Source: an uncultured Christensenellaceae bacterium (GTDB taxonomy: Bacteria > Bacillota > Clostridia > Christensenellales > UBA3700). Taken from it: a stretch of 64,000 nt of DNA. The notes under the pieces are model-generated. The model was given only the letters and a program-made list of their open reading frames with translations. It searched no databases and had not been told where the DNA came from. A program made the position numbers and the translations under genes. Shown one piece after another: positions 1 to 8,005 of this stretch. The number at the start of each line of letters is the position of its first letter. Positions within the stretch are counted from its first letter, which is position 1. The stretch is from positions 11,670 to 75,669 of the forward strand of contig CALWHE010000006.1 of assembly GCA_944380295.1 (NCBI GenBank), written 5' to 3'.

Positions 1-262
1 TGTTTGTTTATGATGGTAATTATGCTGGACAGATGTCTATAAGGGTGCGCGGAAGGGCGATGGATTTGCGTGCGGATTTGGACAAAGGTGCCGCAGGCAA
101 TACTTGTTGTATTGTCAAGGCGCATTTGTGCAAAGGCGTGCGTAAAGACGCGCCCTACTGCGTGCCCGCATAGCGTCTGTCCGGCAGAGAAAAATATCAC
201 GTCCTGCGCCGCCGAACATTTTTGTCGCTTTTCACTTTTGTTCGGCGGCGCAGGACATTTCT
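1..262 (+). repeat. Mosaic repeat: rod-hairpin module E (25..184) plus hairpin module H4 (201..256). The window starts inside the element.
   Basis: Nearly identical to 13060..13320 and 60745..60995. Inverted arms are ctggacagatgtctat / atagcgtctgtccgg. H4 is an 18-bp perfect stem, GTCCTGCGCCGCCGAACA / TGTTCGGCGGCGCAGGAC. Confidence 0.85.
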
Positions 263-489
263 TTCATCAGTCTTCTCTTTTCTCTTTCCAGTTCCTCGTC
301 GCTCATTTCGGCAATGCCGCCGCCCGTGAGTTCCACATAGGCTTTGAGCGCGGCAACGTCGGGTGGGTAATATTTTTGCGTGACTTTGCGGCGCAGAAGT
401 TCGTCCTGCGCGCCGTATTCCTCGCTCACTTCGCTCACGCTGCCGCCCACGGCTTTGCGATAGAGCGCGTCCAATATCTTTTCGTCCAT
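232..489 (-). CDS. Small phage-related hypothetical protein with a possible terminase-small-subunit-like motif
   Basis: 85-aa ATG ORF, 22 nt downstream of the terminase stop on the same strand. Charged helical sequence with a YYPPDV..LKAYVEL motif. Its last codons (SCAAEQK) and stop lie inside repeat module H4. Confidence 0.45.
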   Translation of the reverse strand: MDEKILDALYRKAVGGSVSEVSEEYGAQDELLRRKVTQKYYPPDVAALKAYVELTGGGIAEMSDEELEREKRRLMKEMSCAAEQK

Positions 490-511
490 GCCTTGCGCCC
501 GCTGCGGCGGG

Positions 512-1930
512 TCATCTCCTCCTCTTTTTGATCAGCCGTTCCTTGTCCAGCTCTATCTGCGTTTTTTTGCGTGCGGGGCGCGCCGCCGCTTCCGGACGCG
601 ACATCAGATAATAGCGCAGCGCGTCCAAGGCGTGATCGTCCTTTTTCACGGGCGTATCGCCCGCGCCCCACCAATAGCTTTTGAATTCGCGTATCAGGTT
701 CACGCAGGTGGAAAAAATCTTCAATCTGCCGCTTTTGAGATATGAACGCACGCGCGCTATGCCGGAAAAGAGGTCTTTGTTCACCTTGGGCGAAAGCGCC
801 AAGCCGCGCTCGAAAAACAGCTCCGTCACGCTCCGCTCCGCCGCCAGCGTGCGCTGGTTGGCGGCGCTGTCTATCAGCCCTTCCAGCCTGCCGTCATGCC
901 CGCGCCGCCAATTCAGCCTGTCTGCCAGCGCGTTTATGCCCTGCACGTGTTCGTCTATGCCCAACCCGGCGGCATACCACTCCCCCGTGACATACACGTT
1001 GCCGTCCCAGTCCACGGCAAAAAACAGACACGCCAAAGGGTTATGCAAGCCCGGATCCACGCTCAGTTTGTCCTGCCATTCGGGCGGCACGTCAAAGGGC
1101 GGGATCACGTGCACGCTCTGCTCGAATTCCGGATACACCGCCCCTTCCGCCTCGGAAAACATGCCGAAGCGGCGGCTGAGCAGGCTTTTTTCGTCCAGCG
1201 CGCTGCTGAGCGCCGCCACTTCCTCTTTGTCCAGCCAGGGATTGTCCGCCCACTGCATGTGGATGTGCCACACTTCCCCGTCCGCGGCGGAGTTGAGAAA
1301 GATCTTGTCATAAACCCACGTCAGTCCTTTGAGCGGGGTCATGGTGCCCCAGATGTCCCCCTTTTTGTCCAGCACGCGCATGCGGCATTCTTCATAGATG
1401 TCGCACGGCGGCTCCTCGTCGAACCACACCCAGTCCAAAGACGCGCCCTGGAATTTTTCTCTGCCCTGGTCGCAGCTTTTGAAGGATATGCGCGAAAGCC
1501 CGCCGAAGACGTTGCGCACCAAAAGATAATCGATCACGCCGCGCTCGGGCGAACTTTTTCTGCCCTCGCACATCACCACGTCCGCGATCCACTCCGGGCG
1601 CAGATAAGAGAGTATTTTGGCTTGCGCCACATCACGCTGCACCTCGAAGGAGAGCGAAACCACCCAGCCCTGGCTGTTCGGGCGGTTGGGACGGAACGGG
1701 TGGATCCCGCGCGCCGCCCACACCGCTTCCACCGCGCCGCACTCCGTTTTGCCGCTGCGGTTGCCGCCGAACACCCAGCGGTTGCGTTTGAGGCATTTGT
1801 GGAAAGCCATCTGCTTGGCGTGCACGCGCTCTACGTTGTATTCGCTCAATCTGCCCGGTGCGGCACGGCGTTTTTGCTCCCCCTCTATCGCCAAAATGCG
1901 CAGCAGGAGTTGTTTTTCCCTCTCGTCCAT
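512..1930 (-). CDS. terL: Phage terminase large subunit, apparently orphan
   Basis: Walker A GGNRSGKTE and Walker B-like WVWFDEE, with terminase-like N-terminal ATPase and C-terminal nuclease layout. I prefer ATG 1930, preceded by GGTGGAGGG, over the TTG at 1969 used by the ORF track. Confidence 0.85.
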   Translation of the reverse strand: MDEREKQLLLRILAIEGEQKRRAAPGRLSEYNVERVHAKQMAFHKCLKRNRWVFGGNRSGKTECGAVEAVWAARGIHPFRPNRPNSQGWVVSLSFEVQRDVAQAKILSYLRPEWIADVVMCEGRKSSPERGVIDYLLVRNVFGGLSRISFKSCDQGREKFQGASLDWVWFDEEPPCDIYEECRMRVLDKKGDIWGTMTPLKGLTWVYDKIFLNSAADGEVWHIHMQWADNPWLDKEEVAALSSALDEKSLLSRRFGMFSEAEGAVYPEFEQSVHVIPPFDVPPEWQDKLSVDPGLHNPLACLFFAVDWDGNVYVTGEWYAAGLGIDEHVQGINALADRLNWRRGHDGRLEGLIDSAANQRTLAAERSVTELFFERGLALSPKVNKDLFSGIARVRSYLKSGRLKIFSTCVNLIREFKSYWWGAGDTPVKKDDHALDALRYYLMSRPEAAARPARKKTQIELDKERLIKKRRR

Positions 1931-2039
1931 CTCTGCCCTCCACCTCCGCCTCGCCGCCGCGGCGGACAAGTTATCTCATCAAGCGGCAAAATTTTTCTTT
2001 TTTTGCTTTATTTTCCCCGCACAAGCGTGTATAATTAAA

Positions 2040-2873
2040 ATGTATATGATCTCGACCAAACGTTTTGCACCGCTGTGTTTTGTCCTTTTGCTCACGCTTG
2101 TCGCGCTGGCGGCAGGAGCGCTGTGTCTGCCCGCCGCGGCGGCAGCGGAAACCCCCTCCGCGGGCGACTATATGGTGACAACGGGCAACACCCTCACCCT
2201 TTACGACGGCAACACCAATCAGCCCGTGCTGGAAGTGCCCGCCACCTATTACGTGACCTTGAAGAGCGCGGAAGCCACGGGCGGATGTTATTCCGTTGCC
2301 TACGCGGGCAAGACTTACTCGGTCAAGACCGCGGACTTCACCGCCCGCACCGCCCTGCACAATGAGGAAAAATACGGCGCCGTGCCCGCGGAAAACAAAT
2401 ATTACGCCTTTGACAAGTCTGCGGTGTTTGCCGCCGACGCGCAGCTTACCTTTTATTATTACTCTAACAACGGCGCCCTTACATCGGCAACGTTCAACGA
2501 CCCCAACGCTTCCGTTACGGAAATTTACGGCTTGGTGACCATCGGCGGCAGCGTTTATTACTCCGCAAGCACAAACATAGACCTGTTTCAAGGCAAGATC
2601 GTCTATCTTTCCTGCTCGCAGGCAAGCGGAGAATTTGCCACTCTCACCCCTGCCGGGATAGCCGCCAACCCCTATGAGAGCGTGAAGGCGGAAAAAGACG
2701 CGCAGACCGCCGGCGCGAGCGACCAAGACGGCTCGAACGGCAGCGCCGACGCAAGCGATCCCGCCGACACTTCCAACAACCTGGAACGCATAATTTTAAG
2801 CGTGGTCATCGCCGTGCTGTGCGTGGCGGTGGTGCTGCTCATCTTCCGCCCGGGAGCGAAGAAGAAGCAGTGA
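2040..2873 (+). CDS. Secreted, C-terminally membrane-anchored protein of unknown function
   Basis: N-terminal signal-like segment (KRFAPLCFVLLLTLVALAAGALCLPAAAAA). Tyr/Thr-rich beta-looking body, acidic low-complexity linker, C-terminal TM helix followed by KKKQ. The upstream part of ORF 1617..2873 is antisense to terL. Start is ATG 2040 or 2046. Confidence 0.6.
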   Translation: MYMISTKRFAPLCFVLLLTLVALAAGALCLPAAAAAETPSAGDYMVTTGNTLTLYDGNTNQPVLEVPATYYVTLKSAEATGGCYSVAYAGKTYSVKTADFTARTALHNEEKYGAVPAENKYYAFDKSAVFAADAQLTFYYYSNNGALTSATFNDPNASVTEIYGLVTIGGSVYYSASTNIDLFQGKIVYLSCSQASGEFATLTPAGIAANPYESVKAEKDAQTAGASDQDGSNGSADASDPADTSNNLERIILSVVIAVLCVAVVLLIFRPGAKKKQ

Positions 2874-2879
2874 TTTGTT

Positions 2880-3478
2880 TGTCCTGCGCGGCACGGGCAG
2901 CGCGGGGCTGCACCCCTTATATACTCCGCAATAACGGGAAATCTTGACGCGGCAAACATCTTCGCAAAAACGCAAATTAGCGCAAGTGTGTTCGACGGCT
3001 CAGGACGCGATATTTTTCTCTGCCGGACAGACGCTATGCGGGCAGCGTGACGCTGCCCGCGCTTTATTGCACTTTGCCGTGTAAGTATTGCGAAAAGATC
3101 AGCCGGAAAGACGAACAAGTTACTTCAAGGCATATAATGGGTGCAGCGGCACGCTGCCCGCCACGCACGACGAGCGCGGAGCTGTATCGTCTTTCTGTCG
3201 CTCTTGCTATGTTTTATAACACTTTATTTAATGTGCCCACAGCACCGCCACGCACGACGAGCGCGGAGCTGTATCGTCGTGCATTTCACGTGCCCTCTCG
3301 TCGCTTGCGGTTTGAGGGCACATTTCACGTTTTTGCCAACTCGTTGGCAAAAACATTTCACTTTTCGGCAGAGGAAACGCGGCGCTTACGCAACCGCTAT
3401 ATCTGCCGAAAAATTTCACGTCCGAAGCGGCACGGCACCCTTTTGCTTATCGTTCATTGCCGTGCCGCGCAGGACATT
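2880..3478 (+). repeat. Mosaic intergenic repeat region: truncated E arm, P2 palindromes, F module, one heptamer-hairpin cassette
   Basis: P2 at about 3045..3062 and 3139..3160. Cassette at about 3246..3475 with ATTTCAC at about 3283, 3320, 3355 and 3412. Shares long blocks with 12460..12800 and 45520..45968. Confidence 0.85.
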
Positions 3479-3480
3479 AT

Positions 3481-3981
3481 TCACACTCTATACGCCTCAT
3501 ATTTTCTGAACGGGCACTCCTCCGCGCCTTCGGACAGCCGCTGTTTGATCAGCAACAAAAAAGGGTTTGCGCCGAACAGCTCTTTGAGCCGCGCCCCGTC
3601 ATAGCCGCGTTCCAACATGATTTTGGCAAAGGCGGAAAGCGCCGCTTCCGCGTTATAGACCACATTGCGGCGGCTGACCTTGGCAACGGCGGCGATGGTT
3701 TCATAAGTGAGCTTTTTGAAGTAACGGCAGGTCAGCATACGCCGGAATTTTTCCGCCAGTCTGCGCAAACACTCCTCCACCGCCACCTTGGCGTTGATAT
3801 AGCTCTCCTTCACTTCCACCAGGTCTTGAATGCGGCGGCACATGTCCTCCGCCGTGCGCAGACTGCGCCAGCTGCCCAGCGCCTCGTCCATCAAGCGCCT
3901 GTCCGCCTGAAACGCCGCCTCATGCAAATGCGGATACGCCGTCAAAAGCGTTTTTGCCCATAACTTCACCTCTCTTTCCAT
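3481..3981 (-). CDS. Sigma-70 region-4-like HTH protein, possibly a phage late-gene activator (RinA/ArpU-like class)
   Basis: The C-terminal segment RRMLTCRYFKKLTYETIAAVAKVSRRNVVYNAEAAL resembles sigma region 4. AAGGAG RBS lies upstream of ATG 3981. Same strand as terL and upstream of it. Confidence 0.5.
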   Translation of the reverse strand: MEREVKLWAKTLLTAYPHLHEAAFQADRRLMDEALGSWRSLRTAEDMCRRIQDLVEVKESYINAKVAVEECLRRLAEKFRRMLTCRYFKKLTYETIAAVAKVSRRNVVYNAEAALSAFAKIMLERGYDGARLKELFGANPFLLLIKQRLSEGAEECPFRKYEAYRV

Positions 3982-4059
3982 CTCTTCTCCTTTGCCGCAC
4001 GGCGGCTTTATCGGTTTGGTTTTTTTGCTATATGTTCAAAGCGCCTGCCGGCGCATTCC

Positions 4060-4540
4060 CCTTGCGGCTTTTGCCCTGCCGCGACCGGCATGCGGATAAG
4101 CGCTCCCCGGCGCAAGTCTTGTCTTACTTGCGGCAGAACGGTTTGCCACCCACGCGCTCCCCCTGCGGCTTTTGCCCTGCCGCGACCGGCATGCGGATAA
4201 GCGCTCCCCGGTGCAAGTCCGCTTATTTGCGGCAGGACGGCTTGCCACCCGCGCGCGCCCCCTGCGGCTTTTGCCCTGCCGCGACCGGCATGCGGATAAG
4301 CGCTCCCCGGCGCAAGTCTTGTCTTACTTGCGGCAGGACGGCTTGCCACCCGTGCGCCCCCTGCGGCTTTTGCCTGATGTCACCGGCATGCGGATAAGCG
4401 CTCCCCGGCGCAAGTCTTGTCTTACTTGCGGCAGGACGGCTTGCCACCCGTGCGCCCCCTGCGGCTTTTGCCCTGCCGCGACCGGCATGCGGATAAGCGC
4501 TCCCTGGTGCAAGTCTTGTCTTACTTGCAGCGTTCGGGCA
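4060..4540. repeat. Tandem array, about 98 bp x 5
   Basis: Unit ccctgcggcttttgccctgccgcgaccggcatgcggataagcgctccccggcgcaagtcttgtcttacttgcggcaggacggcttgccaccc... starts at about 4060, 4162, 4260, 4358 and 4456. Internal hairpin CGCAAGT n8 ACTTGCG. Confidence 0.9.
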
Positions 4541-4757
4541 TAAAAAGCTCCGCGCCGCCATCTGCCGGCGCCGCGCGCTTGCGTTTTGCATGAAACTCTT
4601 TTGAACTCCGCGGGATCCGCCGCGCAAACAGACCTCTCGGCGGGCTTTAAGTCCCCGCCGCGGCGGCGCTTCAAACCGCCGTTTGCGCCCTTCCTTTTTC
4701 CACACTTCCATTGTATCATACAAAACTCCGGTTTTCAAGATTAGAGTGCAAAAAATT

Positions 4758-4771
4758 TGAACATTTGTTCG
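4758..4771. promoter_or_regulatory. Candidate LexA (Cheo/SOS) box
   Basis: TGAACATTTGTTCG contains GAAC-N4-GTTC, compared with the Firmicute consensus CGAACNNNNGTTCG. It sits in an AT-rich gap. Confidence 0.35.
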
Positions 4772-4944
4772 CATTTTTCTCAAATTTATCGCACTTCAAC
4801 GCAATATGTATGTCATATTAAGTGAAAATCATGCGAACATACGGTAAAATCATCGAATGATTTTATTATGTTATGTTTTATATGTATCGCCGCTCCTGTC
4901 CCTTTTCCGCCGCCCTGCCGCCTCTTCATTTGCTTTTTTGCCGT

Positions 4945-5205
4945 TCAGCCGCCCTTCTCCGTCTGTTGCGCCGCTCCTGCCGTTGCGCATTATGCCGCCC
5001 GCCCTGCCGCTTGCTCTTTATCGCCGCCCTTCTCCGTCCGCTTGCGCTATCCCTGCCGTTGCGCATTATACCGCCCGTCCTGCCGCCTGCTCTTCTCCGC
5101 CGCCCTTCTCCGTCCGATTGCGCTATCCCTGCCCGTTGCGCATTATACCGCCCGCTCTTCTCCGCCGTTCCGCCACTTCTGTTTTTATCCGCCGCGCCGC
5201 ATTGT
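4945..5205. repeat. Degenerate tandem repeat, about 76 bp x 3-4, pyrimidine-rich on the plus strand
   Basis: Recurring gccgcccttctccgtc..gcgct.tccctgccgttgcgcattataccgcccg.cctgccgc. The frame-changing period explains the three overlapping spurious ORFs listed here. Confidence 0.8.
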
Positions 5206-5293
5206 CCGCCATTTTTCTCTTCCTGCCGCCTGTCCGTTCGGCTTTTTTGCCTCAACGCTTTGCCCGCGCGCGATTTTGTGTTATAATGATCTT

Positions 5294-6355
5294 ATGTTGA
5301 AAAGCGGCGAATTGCAAGTTAAAGATTTTTCCGTGTCATACTTCGGTTACGGACAAAAGGTGCGCGGCGTGGAATTTTCACTCCGAGAAGGCGAAGTGAT
5401 GTGCCTTTTGGGCGAGGAAGGCTGCGGCAAAACTTCACTCATGCGCGGGCTTGCCGGCTTGGAAGAGGTTGGCGGCAGCGTGACTTTGGGCGGAGTTGAC
5501 TTTTTGCGCCTGCCGCTCAAAGAACGCGAAGTGTGTTATACCTTCGGCGCGGACAGCTTGGACAAAAAAAAGACGGTGGCGCAAAACATAGTCAAGCCGC
5601 TGGTGCTGCGCGGCGCGGACGAGCGCTATATCAAACAGCGCCTGCAATATGCCGCCGAGCTGATGGACTTGGAGAACATCTTGCCGGAAAAGGTCAAGGG
5701 TCTGCCGCCTTATTATTTGGCAAAAACAATTTTGGCGCGCGCCTTTGTGCGCCCCACCGATCTGCTTTTATTGGACGATCTGCCCGCGCAGCTCTCCTAT
5801 TCCCAGCGCGAGCGGGTGTTCAACCGCATGCGCCTTGCCTGCGCCCGGGCGGGCGGACGGATCATATATGCCACCCAGCGCCCGGAAGAGGCGGAAGGCT
5901 TTCCGCACAAGGTGGGCGTGATGAGCGAAGGCGCCCTTGTCCAATGCGCGCCCATGCGCGATATATACAAATTCCCCGCTCATAGGGCGGCTGCCGAGAT
6001 ATTCAAACGCGACTTCACCCTGCTTCCCGCCACCGCGCGGCTGAACGGCGAATGGCTGGTGGAAGCGTGCGGGAGCAAGCTGCCCTGCCCGCCCCTGCTC
6101 AACAAGATCTATGACGGCAGGCAGGTCATCGCCTGCGTGCGCCGCGAGGACGTGAGCGTGGGCGGCGGCATTACCGCCAAAGTGCTGGGCGCATACGACT
6201 GCGGCAGAGAGCGCTTTTTGCGCCTGGGCGTGCCCGGCGGCATTATCTATTGCAATGCCGAAGCGCCCGTCGGTTCGGAAATATCCGTTTCCGTCAGCCG
6301 CGCCGCCTTTGTCTTTGACGCCGCCTCCGGCTATAACATCGCCGCGCGCGACTGA
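5294..6355 (+). CDS. MalK/UgpC-like ABC ATPase with degenerate catalytic motifs and a TOBE-like C-terminus; orphan
   Basis: Walker A GEEGCGKTS is present. LPPYY replaces the LSGGQ signature, Walker B reads LLLLDDL with no catalytic Glu, and ATQR replaces the H-loop. No permease or binding-protein gene is adjacent. ATG 5294 lies 6 nt after TATAAT. Confidence 0.75.
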   Translation: MLKSGELQVKDFSVSYFGYGQKVRGVEFSLREGEVMCLLGEEGCGKTSLMRGLAGLEEVGGSVTLGGVDFLRLPLKEREVCYTFGADSLDKKKTVAQNIVKPLVLRGADERYIKQRLQYAAELMDLENILPEKVKGLPPYYLAKTILARAFVRPTDLLLLDDLPAQLSYSQRERVFNRMRLACARAGGRIIYATQRPEEAEGFPHKVGVMSEGALVQCAPMRDIYKFPAHRAAAEIFKRDFTLLPATARLNGEWLVEACGSKLPCPPLLNKIYDGRQVIACVRREDVSVGGGITAKVLGAYDCGRERFLRLGVPGGIIYCNAEAPVGSEISVSVSRAAFVFDAASGYNIAARD

Positions 6356-6419
6356 AAAGCGCCCGTATCCGCCCGCGCCGCAAGCGCTCTTTTCTCCGCC
6401 CCGCCCTTTCCGCTCGCTC

Positions 6420-6555
6420 GAACCGCCGCTGCCGGCACAACTTTCCCCACTCCCCCGCACCGCCGCTGCCGGCACAACTTTTCCCGCTCTTCCGAACGCC
6501 GCTGCCGGCGCAATTTTCCGCTCACCCGAATCGCCGCTGCCGGCACAACGCTTTG
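6420..6555. repeat. Short tandem repeat, about 34-37 bp x 4
   Basis: Core cgccgctgccggcacaactt recurs at about 6424, 6461, 6498 and 6532. Confidence 0.75.
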
Positions 6556-6590
6556 TGCGGCGCGCCCCTTCAAGCTCCGTCCGCCCCGGA

Positions 6591-6710
6591 ATTTTATAAA
6601 GTCCGCTTTATAAAACTTGCGTTTTTGACGATTTTATAAAGTCTGCTTTACAAAACTTGTATTTTTACCGATTTTATAAAGTCTACTTTACAAAATTCTT
6701 GACATCGCCC
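6591..6710 (+). promoter_or_regulatory. Three 40-bp tandem units, each with an AT-rich palindrome (TTTTATAAAG n4 CTTTATAAAA) plus a -35-like hexamer
   Basis: Units at 6591..6630, 6631..6670 and 6671..about 6710. The first palindrome is perfect with 10-bp arms, and the others have 1-2 changes. The last unit ends in the real -35. Confidence 0.7.
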
Positions 6711-6728
6711 CCGCCGCTGTGCTATAAT
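6699..6728 (+). promoter_or_regulatory. Sigma-A-type promoter of the DUF4143 ATPase gene
   Basis: TTGACA (6699..6704), 18-nt spacer, TATAAT (6723..6728), then GGAGG RBS and ATG 6746. Confidence 0.7.
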
Positions 6729-6745
6729 CGTAAGCGGAGGCAACC

Positions 6746-7975
6746 ATGATAATACGCAATAAATATCTGCAAAAGATACTTCCTTTTATCGATAAACCGG
6801 TCATCAAGGTCATCGTGGGCATCAGGCGCTGCGGTAAAACGGTTTTACTTTCTCAAATCAAAGAACTGGTGCAAAATTCGGGCGTGGAAGCGGAGCGGAT
6901 CGTGGAGCTGAACTTTGAATCATTTGCCAGCGAACCCTTCAAGACCGCCAAGGCGCTTTACGACCATATCAGGCAAAAAAGCGCAAAGCAAAACGGTAAA
7001 AAGCTATATCTGTTTTTAGACGAGATCCAGGAAGTGCCCCAATGGCAAAAAGCGATCGATTCCCTTTTTGTGGACATAGCTTGCGATATTTATATCACCG
7101 GTTCCAACTCCAACTTGCTCTCCGGCGAGCTTGCCACCTATATTTCCGGCAGATACGTGCACTTTGACGTATACCCTTTTTCTTTTGCCGAGAGCGTGGA
7201 ATATTCCGCACAGCTGGGGCGCGGCAAGAGCACGGAAGAGCTTTTTGACGAATATCTGCAACTGGGCGGACTGCCGCAGCGGTTCTTATTTGAAGACAAA
7301 AGCGCCGTCCGCACTTATTTGTCCGACATCTTCGACACTGTGGTGATAAAGGATATTTTATTGCGCGGCAAGATAGAAAACCCCGACCTCTTGCGCAGGC
7401 TGACGGCGTTTTTACTGGACAACGTGGGCAACACGTTTTCCGCAAGTTCCGTCCGCGGCAAATTGGCAAGCGAGGGCGTAAAAACCAGCGTGCCCACATT
7501 AATGAATTATATCGCCGCCATTAAAAACGCCATGATAATCAACGCCGCTCCGCGCTACGACATAAAGGGGAAAGCGCTGCTTTCCACGGGAGAAAAATAT
7601 TACGCCGCCGATCTGGGACTGCGCAACATCGTAAAAAGCTCCGATATGGTGGATCTGAGCAAACTTTACGAAAATGCGGTGTTCAACGAAATGCTCTCCC
7701 GCGGCTGGGAAGTGTGCGTGGGCAAGGAAGGCGAGCGCGAAGTGGATCTGATCTGCGTGAAAGACGGCAAAAAAGTCTATATCCAGGTGACATATCTGCT
7801 GGCGGATAAAGCCGTTACGGAGCGCGAATTCCGCCCCCTGCGCGAAATAGACGACAACTTCCCCAAATATGTGATAAGCGGCGACAGGCACGACCTTTCC
7901 GCGGGCGGTATCATCCACAAAAACATCATAACTTTCCTCACGGAAGACCGGGCGGACGCCGGCGCGCTGTGGTAA
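6746..7975 (+). CDS. AAA+ ATPase with a DUF4143-type C-terminal nuclease-like domain
   Basis: Walker A GIRRCGKT and Walker B LFLDEIQ. C-terminal E..EVDLICV...YIQVTY is a PD-(D/E)xK-like motif. Family-typical N-terminus (MIIRNKYL..I...KVI.G.RRCGKT). The 5' part is visibly lower in GC than its neighbours. Confidence 0.85.
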   Translation: MIIRNKYLQKILPFIDKPVIKVIVGIRRCGKTVLLSQIKELVQNSGVEAERIVELNFESFASEPFKTAKALYDHIRQKSAKQNGKKLYLFLDEIQEVPQWQKAIDSLFVDIACDIYITGSNSNLLSGELATYISGRYVHFDVYPFSFAESVEYSAQLGRGKSTEELFDEYLQLGGLPQRFLFEDKSAVRTYLSDIFDTVVIKDILLRGKIENPDLLRRLTAFLLDNVGNTFSASSVRGKLASEGVKTSVPTLMNYIAAIKNAMIINAAPRYDIKGKALLSTGEKYYAADLGLRNIVKSSDMVDLSKLYENAVFNEMLSRGWEVCVGKEGEREVDLICVKDGKKVYIQVTYLLADKAVTEREFRPLREIDDNFPKYVISGDRHDLSAGGIIHKNIITFLTEDRADAGALW

Positions 7976-8005
7976 AAAATTTTCCCGCAAATCCTGTCGT
8001 CGGGC

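Noticed and set aside
70-531. Repeated Cys-rich ORF (MRIWTKVPQAILVVLSRRICAKACVKTRP..ACPHSVCPAEKNI), also at 13128..13343 and 60812..61081
   Set aside because: It lies entirely within hairpin module E. The divergent copy at 55026..55189 conserves base pairing rather than the reading frame. The ORF continues into unrelated sequence in each copy and overlaps real genes or other modules.
1-3981. Intact prophage
   Set aside because: Only terL, one small ORF and a possible regulator are phage-like. No portal, capsid, tail, lysis or integrase genes and no att-like boundaries are visible within the window.
4060-4540. Possible CRISPR array (regularly spaced repeats)
   Set aside because: The 98-bp units are contiguous with no unique spacers, and no cas genes are in the window. 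The same applies to the 23-nt (9641..9770), 34-nt (54469..54571) and 27-40-nt (42990..43262) arrays.
4223-5293. ORFs running through the tandem arrays (4223..4783, 4324..4719, 4857..5300, 4873..5286, and the first 142 codons of 4868..6355)
   Set aside because: The repeat periods are not multiples of three. All three frames are open simultaneously, and the translations are Pro/Ala/Arg low-complexity sequence. The ABC ATPase homology begins only at ATG 5294.
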